A stretch of 64,000 bases of DNA from Candidatus Iainarchaeum sp. (lineage in GTDB: Archaea; Micrarchaeota; Micrarchaeia; Anstonellales; Bilamarchaeaceae): the NCBI GenBank assembly GCA_028714535.1, contig JAQTME010000004.1, forward strand, positions 7,319 through 71,318, written 5' to 3'. Under the pieces are notes generated by a model that worked only from the letters and a program-made list of their open reading frames with translations, did no database searches and was not told the DNA's origin. The position numbers were made by a program, and so were the translations under genes. Positions 1-9,600 of this stretch are shown in pieces. Position 1 is the first letter of the stretch. The number at the start of each line of letters is the position of its first letter.

Positions 1-489
1 AACGACGACATCAAGAAGCGCATACTCATGAGCGAGGACGACCCGTTCAAGAGCCCGAACTTCCACCACCCGAGGTCCAAGTCGCGCGAGGACGTGCTCA
101 AGGAGCCCTCCATAATAGTGACCACGTCAGGCATGCTGACCGGCGGCCCTGTGATGTTCTACCTGGAGAAGCTCGGCAGCAACCCCAGGAACACAATGAT
201 ATTCGTCGGCTACCAGGCGGAAGGCACCCCGGGCAGCCGCGTCCTGCTGGGGGAGAAGGTCCTGCAGCCGAAAGACCCGCGCAGCAGGCCGATAAAGCTG
301 GGGTTGCGCGTGGAGAGCGTGCGCCTGTCAGGCCACGCCGACTTCAACGAACTGATACAGTTCGCCCACTCGGTGAAGGGATTGAAGAAGATATTCCTGA
401 TGCACGGCGAGAAGACCGACCTGCAGGCTGCGCTGGAGAAGAAATACGAGGTAATCGTGCCCAGGATGCTCGACACCTATTCCATCTGA
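1..489 (+). CDS. C-terminal fragment (5' end outside window) of a beta-CASP metallo-beta-lactamase-fold ribonuclease; reading frame open to position 1
   Basis: Tail ...SGMLTGGP...VGYQAEG...SGHADFNELIQFAHSVKGLKKIFLMHGE aligns to the C-terminus of the full aCPSF1-like protein at 32740-34644 (SGMLSGGP...VGYQSAL...SGHSDRAQLMAYI...VTMHGD). No in-frame stop upstream of 28. Confidence 0.7.
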   Translation, partial: NDDIKKRILMSEDDPFKSPNFHHPRSKSREDVLKEPSIIVTTSGMLTGGPVMFYLEKLGSNPRNTMIFVGYQAEGTPGSRVLLGEKVLQPKDPRSRPIKLGLRVESVRLSGHADFNELIQFAHSVKGLKKIFLMHGEKTDLQAALEKKYEVIVPRMLDTYSI

Positions 490-532
490 GTCCGCTGCCG
501 CTGGTTCCGGATTTAAAACAAGGGTAAAAAGC

Positions 533-3238
533 CTAAGAGAGGTCTGCGCAGTCCCTGGCGCCGGACGTGAACGGAAGGGAGCAGCTGTGCTTCGGGTCGC
601 CGCCCACATAGACGTCTATTTCGCCCTTGGTGCCGTTCGCCGTGGTCACGAGTATGTAAGTGCCCATGTTGGTGCCGTTGAACGTCTGCACGCCGATTCC
701 CTGGCCCCACACGACGCCGGTGCAGGTCTGGTTCGCCTTCGGGCCGCACCAGATGGAGACCCAGCCGACGTATCCCGGATAGAGGTCGGTGCTGCCGAAT
801 ATGGTGCACCATTCGGTGCTGCCGCCGTCATTGTTGCCGCCTCCGGTGCCTCCCACGGCTATCGGGGCAAGGCACACCGGAATCATCGGTGGCGGCCCCA
901 TGTCGACCACCGCGGCGCCCTGCAGCTGCCCGCTCGTGTTGTAGTCGGGCGCGTTGTACTGGGTGCCAGCCACGCTGTCGTTGGTGTGGCTTCCGCCCAG
1001 GCCGCCTATGAGGTCGTATATCACGTTTGTGGCGTTTATCCGAGTTGGAGTGCTGCCACGGAGGTCATATACAAGCGTTTGGAAGTACTGCGTCTTGTTC
1101 ACGCTCATCTTCGCGCTGGCCGGGTTGAACTGGCATGAGTAGTTGGGCTGGACCACTGTCACGGTGGAGTTGCACAATGCCTGGCCGCTGGTGTAGGTGA
1201 GCAGGCCCACAGAGCCGACTGGAGACGTCGGGTATGCCCAGGCGTGCGTGTTGTCGGTTTCCGCTGCTATGAACCCGCCGGATATGCCTGACCATGCCCA
1301 TGCATTGCCGGTGCAGCTTACCGTGACATTGACGCGGTTCCTGCATGTGACCGTGAACACGCCAGCCATGTTCTGGCCGACCGACGTGCTGTTGGGCTGT
1401 ATGTCGCAGTAGTATGCGTCGCCGCCCTGGTTGCTGACGTTTATGGGCGCCAGCGCGACCGCGCCGAGTATGTACGGCGGGTGGTCTCCGAAGTATGCAG
1501 CGCCCTGCAGGTCTCCCCTGCTCGGGGCCGAGGGCGCGGTGTAGGTGACGCCGTTGACGCTGTCGTTGCTTGTGTTGCCTATGAGGCCGTTGACTGTGTC
1601 GTAAGCAAAATCGTTCGGCACTATCGTTATGGTGCGGTTCGCCGCGCAATGGAGCTCGAAGTACCTCTCCTCGTCATAGGTCATGTCCGCGCGCGGCGGC
1701 ATGAAGCTGCAGTTGTATACCGTCCTGTTGACTATGTCCTCGGGATGCACCACGTTCAGCGTGGAGTTGCACGAGGCTATGGCGTTGGACGAAGTGTATA
1801 TGACGTTGCCTGTCACGTGCGGCGTGGCGTCGGAATACAGGCGCGAGTGGGTCTCGTCTGCCTCCAGGAACGTGCCTGCGAGGACTGTATCAGCAGCCCA
1901 GTTGCTGCCCACGCACGAAACCGATGCGCCTGCCAGGTCCTGGCATGCGACGTTGAACTCTGCTATCTCGCGCGGCGCCACGGTGAGCCCGGGCGGGACT
2001 ATGGTGCACGTGGCCGGTGTATCATTGATGGGCGCGGTTGCAGTGCATCTTGAGGATGCGCCGCACGCGCCTGATATGGTCTCTGCGTTGAATGTGAGCA
2101 TCGTGCCTCCTGACGCCGCGCTGGTCGTGACCAGCGTGTAGAGGTCGTCGTTCGCCCCGCTGTTGACGGTCTGGTTGAAGCCGTTGGACGGCGGGCAGAG
2201 CGAGCCGAAGCCGAGCACGCTGCACAAGGATATCGGGAACGGTATCGCGCTGAACTGCGGGTCGGAGCTCGACACGTTGAGCACGCGTATGGCGTCGGCG
2301 TTGTTGTGTATCCTTGTCCTGACCATGGTCGTGCCGGTGACGTTAGCCGTAGAGCGGCTGACGCTTATGGCCGTGGTGCTCATGCTGCAGTTGCCGCCGC
2401 TGCTGACCACGTTGATTGTGACGGTGTCAGTGGCCAGCGAGGCCGGCATGGCCGGCAGGTTCCTGCCGAAGTAATATAAGCGGTAGTAGTTGTTCGTGAG
2501 GTCGAGCGGGTGCTTTTCCAGCGCGGCGAAGCACGACACGTTGGAAAGGCTCGTCTCTATGCTGTGCGTGGTTGTCGCAGTGGCGTTTATCGTGAAGTCG
2601 ACCGGAGCCATGCTCGGGAGCGCAGAGGTGCCGCGCACTGTCGTTCCGTCGCGTACCTGGAAGGTCCCCTTGCAGAATATGTTGGCTCCGCCCTCCTTGT
2701 TGTACCAGTAGCGCGGCGTCTCGACCGTGCCGTTGTTGTAGGTCACGGGCTCGTTGTAGAACACTCCCCCGAGCGCGGTGCGGTGTGACGGGTCCTGGGT
2801 GAAGCCGTTGTTGTAGGCGAATGCCGCCTCTGTGTTATAGACAGCCGGGTCGATCCAGGCGATGTCCCTGTTGTTGGTGAGGGTTCCGGCGTTTATCATT
2901 GCCGGGCAGTAGTCGCCCGCGAGCCCGCTGCATGCCGGATAGAGCGATGCTATGTTGAGGGTTGATACTGCCCATCTCGCCGTGGTGGCCCCCGATACCC
3001 TTATGGTCGCGCCCCCGCAGACGGTGTCGCCGCTCTGCAGGTTGGCCGGGTCGCCGCTCACCACGTCGCCTGAAGCTATCGACATGTTGAAGTCCGTGAG
3101 CAGCCTCATCGTGGTGTTGAAGTTCTTGGTTGCGTCCTTCCCCTGGAAGTTGCCGCCGACGTCGGTGGCACATGCCGCCGATGCCAGCAGAATCAAAACG
3201 GAAAAGATTATGCTGAGGCTGTTTTTCATAGGTTGCAC
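533..3238 (-). CDS. Secreted Cys-rich surface (glyco)protein, 901 aa, with internal tandem repeat domains and very many N-x-S/T sequons; S-layer/adhesin-like
   Basis: N-terminal signal peptide MKNSLSIIFSVLILLASAACA. About 40 NxS/T sequons. Internal repeat ...LIGNTSNDSVNGVTYTAPS..LQGAAYFGDHPP vs ...LIGGLGGSHTNDSVAGTQYNAP..LQGAAVVDMGPPP. Start codon abuts the stop of the upstream gene (3239). Confidence 0.6.
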   Translation of the reverse strand: MQPMKNSLSIIFSVLILLASAACATDVGGNFQGKDATKNFNTTMRLLTDFNMSIASGDVVSGDPANLQSGDTVCGGATIRVSGATTARWAVSTLNIASLYPACSGLAGDYCPAMINAGTLTNNRDIAWIDPAVYNTEAAFAYNNGFTQDPSHRTALGGVFYNEPVTYNNGTVETPRYWYNKEGGANIFCKGTFQVRDGTTVRGTSALPSMAPVDFTINATATTTHSIETSLSNVSCFAALEKHPLDLTNNYYRLYYFGRNLPAMPASLATDTVTINVVSSGGNCSMSTTAISVSRSTANVTGTTMVRTRIHNNADAIRVLNVSSSDPQFSAIPFPISLCSVLGFGSLCPPSNGFNQTVNSGANDDLYTLVTTSAASGGTMLTFNAETISGACGASSRCTATAPINDTPATCTIVPPGLTVAPREIAEFNVACQDLAGASVSCVGSNWAADTVLAGTFLEADETHSRLYSDATPHVTGNVIYTSSNAIASCNSTLNVVHPEDIVNRTVYNCSFMPPRADMTYDEERYFELHCAANRTITIVPNDFAYDTVNGLIGNTSNDSVNGVTYTAPSAPSRGDLQGAAYFGDHPPYILGAVALAPINVSNQGGDAYYCDIQPNSTSVGQNMAGVFTVTCRNRVNVTVSCTGNAWAWSGISGGFIAAETDNTHAWAYPTSPVGSVGLLTYTSGQALCNSTVTVVQPNYSCQFNPASAKMSVNKTQYFQTLVYDLRGSTPTRINATNVIYDLIGGLGGSHTNDSVAGTQYNAPDYNTSGQLQGAAVVDMGPPPMIPVCLAPIAVGGTGGGNNDGGSTEWCTIFGSTDLYPGYVGWVSIWCGPKANQTCTGVVWGQGIGVQTFNGTNMGTYILVTTANGTKGEIDVYVGGDPKHSCSLPFTSGARDCADLS

Positions 3239-5191
3239 CTACTTCTTCTTCGGCTTCAGGCCGCTCAGCGGAGACTTCCCTATCTGGAAGGTGTTCTCCA
3301 CGTTCACGAACAGGCCTCCGGGCACGCGGTCTGCTTTGGCGCCGCCGATTTCCTGCGTGTAGCCCGCGCGGACGAGGAGGTCGAGCGGGAAGTCGACTAC
3401 CCTGCCGACATACCTCGTGTTGGCCGATGCCTCCAGCGTGCTCACCGCGGTCTTGAGGTTCTTCGTGGCGCTGACCGTGGCGTCGAGCTGGAGCATGAAC
3501 TTCTCGGTGGTGCGCGCGAACTGCGCAGGCGTCAGCTGGCCGCCCACCCTCAGCTCGTTCATGAGCGAGGATATCTCCGGCGTGAGCAGGGTCGTGACCC
3601 TCCAGCTGTTCTTCTCCCTAGTCGAGGCAGAGAATGTGATGTAGCCGAGCCAGTCTATGCCGCTGACCACGAGCCTGTCCTGCTCGAAGCTCATGGCAGG
3701 CCGTATCTGCCCGCCTACCTTCGCAGGCGGCAGCAGCATGAACCTGGTGCGGTCGCCTTCCGTGCCCCAGAAATTTATCTCAAGGCCGGCGAGGCTGAGG
3801 TACCACTGGTTGTAGCTCTGCGCAGGTATGTGCAGGGTGGTGCCGTCGCTGAGCAGCCTGTCTATGCCGTTGAGGCCCCAGGTCTTGTAGCCGCCGGTGA
3901 GGTTGAATTTTATCTCCATCGGCTGCCCGAAGAATCCGATTCCCTCTCCCCAGGTGCCTGTCGCCTCCACCGCGTGCCCCCTGCCGGTCAGCACCCCCCT
4001 GTCGCCGGTCGCCGTTAGCGGCGATCCCGTCGCGGTCGGGTCGTACTGCATGCGGGCGTACTGCCCGCTCATGCCGAGCATGGAATAGTGGAGCGCAAGG
4101 CCTGCGTAAAGCCCCACGGGCTGGAAGGTCATGAACCCCTTCGGCTTCTTGGTCCTGGTTATCTCGTCCTTGAACATCTGCTGGTTCTCGTCGAAGTTCC
4201 ACTGGCACTTCAGCCCGTACCTCATCGTGGTGAACGCCTTGGGGTTGGTCATCACGGTGAACAGGTTGTTTATCGCGTTGCGGAACTCCGGGTTGTTGAA
4301 CACGGTCTCGTTGCCGAGCAGCGCAAGGCCCGCGGCGAGGTTGCCGCTCTGCAATTGCTGCATGGCCGTCCTGAAGCTGCCGCTCTGCCACAGGTCGTCA
4401 GTGGACGGTATCCTGCTCAGGGCGGTGTAGAGGTCGCGGGCTGCGACCGGGGCTGCAGACGAGGACATGAAGTTCTCGTCGTTGGCCCACTGCTGCTGTA
4501 CGTTGGTGAACGACCGCATTATGTTCCGCGCGTTGTCGACGCCTGCCTTGTCCGCCAGTTCGCCTGGCGTCTGCGGGTCGCCGAACTGCCACACGGTGGA
4601 GTTCGTCCTTGCGCTGTTGACGAACAGCGCGCCCTCGTAGCGCTGCGGGGGCGGTATCAGGAGCAGCCCTTCGCTGGTTGACGACTTCGTTTTTTCGCTT
4701 ACCTGTATCTTCGTCGCTGCGCCGCGGAGCGTCAGGTTGATTTTCGCCATCTGGCCCAGGTACGCATCGTATGCATCGTATCTCGCATCGCCTGCCTTGA
4801 GGCCCTTGTCTATCTCTGAAAGCATTGTCAGGAGCGCCGTTGAATCAGCGCCTGCGTCTGCCTTGCCCGTGAGCTTGTTGGAAAGCTCTATCATCATCCT
4901 TATGTGGGCATCCTGGAGCTTTAGTATGGCCGCGTTCTTGTCCACCTTGGTGCCGGTGGTGCCCAGCGCCAGCGCTGAGTTGTAGAGTGACGTGCCTGCG
5001 ATGTCTGTTTTCGCCGGCGTGCCAGCCCACAGGAGCTTAAGCGTTTCCCATGCCTGGACCGTGTTGCGGGCGAGCTGCTGAGCGCTGTCGCTCGCGGGCT
5101 TGTAGCCCTCGCGTATCTGTGTGATCAGCTGCTGCTTCTGCGTTCCCACGTCCGTTTCCGTTTTCGGTGCGGTTTTCATCTCAGTCACCAT
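3239..5191 (-). CDS. Hypothetical 650-aa protein. N-terminal half alpha-rich; C-terminal ~330 aa with alternating hydrophobic/aromatic beta-strand pattern (beta-barrel/porin-like); no signal peptide found
   Basis: Long ORF with good protein-like composition. Stop is immediately adjacent to the start of 533-3238. C-terminal region rich in Y/W/F/G alternations (YAGLALHYSMLGM, QWYLSLAGLEINFWGT, GGLFVNVENTFQIG). Confidence 0.6.
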   Translation of the reverse strand: MVTEMKTAPKTETDVGTQKQQLITQIREGYKPASDSAQQLARNTVQAWETLKLLWAGTPAKTDIAGTSLYNSALALGTTGTKVDKNAAILKLQDAHIRMMIELSNKLTGKADAGADSTALLTMLSEIDKGLKAGDARYDAYDAYLGQMAKINLTLRGAATKIQVSEKTKSSTSEGLLLIPPPQRYEGALFVNSARTNSTVWQFGDPQTPGELADKAGVDNARNIMRSFTNVQQQWANDENFMSSSAAPVAARDLYTALSRIPSTDDLWQSGSFRTAMQQLQSGNLAAGLALLGNETVFNNPEFRNAINNLFTVMTNPKAFTTMRYGLKCQWNFDENQQMFKDEITRTKKPKGFMTFQPVGLYAGLALHYSMLGMSGQYARMQYDPTATGSPLTATGDRGVLTGRGHAVEATGTWGEGIGFFGQPMEIKFNLTGGYKTWGLNGIDRLLSDGTTLHIPAQSYNQWYLSLAGLEINFWGTEGDRTRFMLLPPAKVGGQIRPAMSFEQDRLVVSGIDWLGYITFSASTREKNSWRVTTLLTPEISSLMNELRVGGQLTPAQFARTTEKFMLQLDATVSATKNLKTAVSTLEASANTRYVGRVVDFPLDLLVRAGYTQEIGGAKADRVPGGLFVNVENTFQIGKSPLSGLKPKKK

Positions 5192-5211
5192 CTTTAGTCA
5201 CCTCATGAAGA

Positions 5212-5373
5212 TCATGCTGTGAATCCTACTGGTGATTGAGCAAAACTCTTATTAATACCCGCCGCTCCGGCTCCGAGAACAAGTGCGCTCGCCGCTGCCG
5301 CTGTGAATGCCGCGGCGGCATTGTGCGCTCCAGTTTTCTTCCCGGCTGGGTTAACCATGCTCAAACATTTCAT
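5212..5373 (-). CDS. Small Ala/Gly-rich hydrophobic peptide, 53 aa, translationally coupled inside the large-protein operon
   Basis: Strong Shine-Dalgarno GGAGGTGGGAG 3 nt before ATG (MKCLSMVNPAGKKTGAHNAAAAFTAAAASALVLGAGAAGINKSFAQSPVGFTA). Stop lies 21 nt before the ATG of the 650-aa gene. Confidence 0.45.
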   Translation of the reverse strand: MKCLSMVNPAGKKTGAHNAAAAFTAAAASALVLGAGAAGINKSFAQSPVGFTA

Positions 5374-5410
5374 TACTCCCACCTCCTTCTGATATCCACC
5401 CATGTTAGCG

Positions 5411-8400
5411 TCATTTCACTTCCTGCTGCGGCGTGACTACCACCACAGCGCGGCTCTCCGAGAACTTCACGACCCTGTCCGAGGCCGGGCTCGCCTTCTC
5501 CACCTGCTCGATATTGCCGCTCGCCTTGCCGCTGCCTATGTCGGCAATGAGGGTCAGCGTCGCCGAGACGTCCTTCAGGCTCGCTGATTTCGGCCTCGAA
5601 ACCATGGACATGTTCGCGTTAAGCGTCGCGTCCATCTCCGGCTCGTAGTCGGTCCCCTTCTTTATGCGGTAAAGCACGTCTTCAGGAGCCACCCTCCCCT
5701 TGGAGAGCTTACCGGCGTACGCCGGGCCCCTGGTCTCCACCGGCGGGGTCGGCTCTGCGCGAACCACCGCCCTGCCGATTTTCGTGCCGTCTGTCAGCAC
5801 CACGTTGTCCATCACGACGCCTATGTAGGCGTGCTCAGGGTCGCTCCTGTACGCAGGGTTGAGCAGGAACTCCTGCCCTGCCTGTTCCTGGTACCAGAAG
5901 TAATTGAACACCACCATCGCGTCCGGGTGCATCTTCGCGGCCTGGGCGTGTGTGTACGCCTTGCCCCCCTCCACCCATGTCATGTTGGTCGGGGAAGCGT
6001 ACACGAAGTGGCCCCTCGTGCGCGTGTCCTTTATTATGGCAATCGCGTCTGCCGGGACCGATGTCGTTACCGGCGTCTCAGGCAGCACCATGCCCTCGAG
6101 GTTCTTGTCGTCGAGGCTCGCCAGGGCCTGCTCTGCTGTCATTATGGACTGCACGGGCGTCATGGGCACCGAGCCGTTGAAGAGGCTGGTCCCGATTCTC
6201 ATGCCATACCTGGTGCGGAGCGCCTTGAGCTCGTCAAGCGATTCCACCGCCCTGACCACGAAATACCTCTTCGCGTCCCCTGACGTCACGAGCGTGCGGA
6301 TGGGCACCGTCGCCTTCCTGCCCGCAATCTCGACCTCTATGGACGCGGCCAGCCTCTTCTCCAGCTGCTGCAGCTTGAGATCGAGGATCTGCATGAACCC
6401 GTTGTTGATGGCGGTTATCTGCGCCTCCGGGGTCGTCGCTGCCTTGCCGTAGTTGAGGGAAATGTTGCGCATGCCTGCGGTGAACACCGATGCATCGAAA
6501 TTCCTCAGGAGCTCAGGGACGTTCTTGTCGCCGTTGAGTATCTCCTGCCTGTAGACCTCTGCAAAGAGGGCGCCCTGCGGGTATACCGGGGCGTCCAGGT
6601 GGCCCCTCTCCTGGTGGTCCACGTGCCTGTCTGCTATGGCCACGGTCGGGCTGGGCCTTGAAGCCTCGATCAGGAGCGGCTTCCTGACGACATCCGGGCT
6701 GAGCAGCCCGTAGGCGGTCATGAATGCCTGGCTCGGCGCGGGCAGCACCGGGCGCTCGAAGTCCCCTGCCCTCTTGCTGGCCAGCATCCTTATGTGGCCT
6801 GCCTCTGCGTTGCGGGCAGCCTCGACCGCCACATCACGGTCCGTCAGCTGCGCCTCTCTCATCTTGTCGAGGTCCACCTGTGCGCCCTTGGCTCCTACGC
6901 GGAGCTCAAGGACATGGCTCTTGGCGGCTTCGCTCTTGAAAAGCACTTCGTATCCTGCATGGACCTCGGTGGTGCCGAATATGGCCGGTGCGAGGAGGTG
7001 GATTGCATTCGAGGCCACGTCCCTCGCGAGGTCCGGATATGAATAGAACTGCGTGGGCCCTGCTTCAGGCACCTTGTAGCAGTGCTCGAACCTTCTCAGC
7101 GATGCGTTTATTATCTCCCTGGCCTGGCCGAACTGCTCTTTCGTCAGGTCTGCGCGGCCGATTGTGCCGGTGTTGAGTATCCATGTCTCAGCCGCCCTTG
7201 TGGCCACCATGTCCAGGGCCATGCTCCAGAGCGCGTCCGCGTATGCTATCTTGCCCTCCTTCTCCGTGGGCTGCTCCATCCCCAGCCACTTGTTCGCGGC
7301 TATGATGCGCTGGTCTGTCTGCTGGACGCCGGACGCCGACAGGAGCGAGGCTGCGGTCTGCACATAATAGCGCGCATCCTGCAGCTGCATGTCCACGTTG
7401 GCGTGGCCGGCATACTGGGCGTAGTCCTGGGCCCAGAGGGTCCAGGCGGAGTTCAGCGAAGCGAGCGTCTGCACCACTGGCTCTGTCGCCGCGTTGACCG
7501 GGGCGAACTGGTATGCTATGCGGTAGACGCCGTAGAGCGCGTCCTCCGTCATCCACCGCGGGTTGCTCATGAGCGCTGCCCTGACCTTCTTTTCCGGCTC
7601 AAGGTAGTTGCCCGTGGCGTTCCTGTACTGCGCGATGAGGAAAGTGCGGAGTTCAGGCGGGTAAAACTCATACGGGCTGATGCTCGGGTTCACCATGATC
7701 GCGGCCGCGGTGGAATATGCCTTCCACGCGTCCTGCCTTGCCGTTGCGTCCTTGCCCGCCAGGCCGTTCTGGAACGCGTAGCTCCACATGCCGACGAGGT
7801 CGCTTATGGCGCGGCTGTCCTTCATCAGTGCCTGCTCCATGTCCGCGACCTGCGTATATGAATACCTGCCCTTGGCAGTGGCGATCTGCCTGCCTACCTG
7901 TTCCAGGCGGTTGCTTGCGGCCGCCACCAGGCTGCCGCTGCCGTTGTCTACGCCTGTGCCGAGGGCGTGGTAGTACCTGTTATACTCTATTATCTTCTGG
8001 CTGTTCTTGAGCGCTTCCCCCCTGCCAGTTGCCACGGTGTTGATTCCGTCGAGTTTCTCCTGGGTGCGGAGCTGGCTGCTGTCAGGGAGCTTTTTCACTG
8101 CCTCGACGTTCCACGCCGCTATCGTCTGCAGGTTGCCCATCCTCTGCCCGAGCAGGGCCTGTTCCCTGTCGAAGATGGCGATTGCGTAGGTATACTGGCG
8201 CTTGGCCAGGTCGACATCCCCTGTGTTGAGCGTGTTCGCTGCTGTCCTGAGCGCGAAGTACATCTCCCACCTGGGCGATACCTTCATCGTCAGGCTCGAG
8301 GCGTCCGGCCTCACGCTCGCCTCGTCCTCGCTGAGCAGCCAGACGTCCGGAAGCGTCTTTATCATGCGTTCCGCGCTTGCCTTGACATCCTGCGTCCTCT

Positions 8401-9565
8401 TGGAGTCTGCAAGGATGGCGCTGAGCGTCTTGTTGAGGTCGGAAAGCTCCCGCATGAGCGGGTTGGTGCCCTCCTTGGACGCCACGCTGGCGTTGGTCAC
8501 GTCCCTGGCCGCCTTGAGGGCCAGCTGTATCGCCCTGTCTGAGTTGTATGAAGAGACGTATGTCTTGAGGTTGTCAATTGACCTGGCTGCCTGCTTCGCA
8601 TCAAGCGGCGTCGCCTGGGGCGAATTTGAAAGGTCGTAGGTCTGAAGCTCGTTGCTGATGTTGCTCTGGAGCTCGTATGCGTGGTCTCTTGCGGCTGCGG
8701 TCGGCCCGGGCGTCCTGGCGTTTCCCTCTGCCGCGCTTATTATGCGCGAGAGGTCCTGGATTATCGTTTCGATGCGTTCGCGTTCAGCCGGTGCTATCTG
8801 CGGTACTGTGACCTTGACCGGAACTGCGGTGGTGGAACTAGTCGCCTTCTTTTCTGGCGCCCGCTTCAATTCCACATATGAGCTCTCAGGGACTGCAGTG
8901 GTTGCCCTCTTTTCTGCCGGCTGCGGTATGACCGTTTTCGTTGTATCTGTCCTCGTGGGGACCTGGGTTGCCGGCGCGCTGATCGTTTTCGTCGGCGTGG
9001 ATGCGGTCATCGCAGCGCTCAGCTCCTCTCCGAACGTCGCGTTGTCGATGGCATTGTTGAGCGCCCTGTCCGTCTGCACCTTTATCCTTGCGAGCGTGAG
9101 GGTGTCGAGCCTGGCGGTTCCCGCAGGAATCGTGATGTAGTCGCTGCCCCTGCCCGTGGCGTCCTTGGCCGGGTTGTAGGGCCTCAGCGCGTCGTTGATC
9201 TGTGTGAGCGTCTTTACGAACGGGTCTCTGTATTTCGCCTTGGCTTCTGCCTCGTTTCCGGCAGGCATGCCCCGGACTTCCCTCGTCCTTGCGTACCTGT
9301 AGATAAGATTGTACTGGGTCTCGTATGTGGCCTTCAGCGAGGCCAATTCCTTCGCAGTCGTCTCCTTTTTTTCCGTCGTAACTGTTTGAGCCATGGCAAC
9401 ACCACCTGTAACGTCAAGGGCTATCGGAGCCCCAACAACTATCGCACCTACGGCGAACGCCCTGAAGGCGCGCCCGCCCGGTGTATCTCTGCCTGAATGA
9501 GAATTTAAAACTGCGTTGGTCGGATGTTTGAGTATCATTTTTCTCCCTCCTCTCTTGACAAACAT
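5411..9565 (-). CDS. Giant secreted/envelope protein, 1384 aa: N-terminal signal/TM, Thr/Pro-rich linker, long alpha-rich body
   Basis: N-terminal hydrophobic segment FRAFAVGAIVVGAPIALDVTGGVAMA. T/P/A-rich linker (TASTPTKTISAPATQVPTRTDTTKTVIPQPAEK...). TATA-like TTTATAAA about 25-30 nt upstream of ATG (leaderless). Confidence 0.65.
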   Translation of the reverse strand: MFVKRGGRKMILKHPTNAVLNSHSGRDTPGGRAFRAFAVGAIVVGAPIALDVTGGVAMAQTVTTEKKETTAKELASLKATYETQYNLIYRYARTREVRGMPAGNEAEAKAKYRDPFVKTLTQINDALRPYNPAKDATGRGSDYITIPAGTARLDTLTLARIKVQTDRALNNAIDNATFGEELSAAMTASTPTKTISAPATQVPTRTDTTKTVIPQPAEKRATTAVPESSYVELKRAPEKKATSSTTAVPVKVTVPQIAPAERERIETIIQDLSRIISAAEGNARTPGPTAAARDHAYELQSNISNELQTYDLSNSPQATPLDAKQAARSIDNLKTYVSSYNSDRAIQLALKAARDVTNASVASKEGTNPLMRELSDLNKTLSAILADSKRTQDVKASAERMIKTLPDVWLLSEDEASVRPDASSLTMKVSPRWEMYFALRTAANTLNTGDVDLAKRQYTYAIAIFDREQALLGQRMGNLQTIAAWNVEAVKKLPDSSQLRTQEKLDGINTVATGRGEALKNSQKIIEYNRYYHALGTGVDNGSGSLVAAASNRLEQVGRQIATAKGRYSYTQVADMEQALMKDSRAISDLVGMWSYAFQNGLAGKDATARQDAWKAYSTAAAIMVNPSISPYEFYPPELRTFLIAQYRNATGNYLEPEKKVRAALMSNPRWMTEDALYGVYRIAYQFAPVNAATEPVVQTLASLNSAWTLWAQDYAQYAGHANVDMQLQDARYYVQTAASLLSASGVQQTDQRIIAANKWLGMEQPTEKEGKIAYADALWSMALDMVATRAAETWILNTGTIGRADLTKEQFGQAREIINASLRRFEHCYKVPEAGPTQFYSYPDLARDVASNAIHLLAPAIFGTTEVHAGYEVLFKSEAAKSHVLELRVGAKGAQVDLDKMREAQLTDRDVAVEAARNAEAGHIRMLASKRAGDFERPVLPAPSQAFMTAYGLLSPDVVRKPLLIEASRPSPTVAIADRHVDHQERGHLDAPVYPQGALFAEVYRQEILNGDKNVPELLRNFDASVFTAGMRNISLNYGKAATTPEAQITAINNGFMQILDLKLQQLEKRLAASIEVEIAGRKATVPIRTLVTSGDAKRYFVVRAVESLDELKALRTRYGMRIGTSLFNGSVPMTPVQSIMTAEQALASLDDKNLEGMVLPETPVTTSVPADAIAIIKDTRTRGHFVYASPTNMTWVEGGKAYTHAQAAKMHPDAMVVFNYFWYQEQAGQEFLLNPAYRSDPEHAYIGVVMDNVVLTDGTKIGRAVVRAEPTPPVETRGPAYAGKLSKGRVAPEDVLYRIKKGTDYEPEMDATLNANMSMVSRPKSASLKDVSATLTLIADIGSGKASGNIEQVEKASPASDRVVKFSESRAVVVVTPQQEVK

Positions 9566-9586
9566 TACCTTATATCATTTAAAACA

Positions 9587-9600
9587 GAATAATTTATAAA
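9587..9600 (-). promoter_or_regulatory. TATA box (TTTATAAA) for leaderless transcript of the 1384-aa gene
   Basis: About 25-30 nt upstream of ATG at 9565, in an AT-rich divergent intergenic region. Confidence 0.5.

Noticed and set aside
533-3238. RGD motif in the 901-aa surface protein as an integrin-binding site
   Set aside because: Single tripeptide occurrence in a 901-aa protein is expected by chance. No supporting context.
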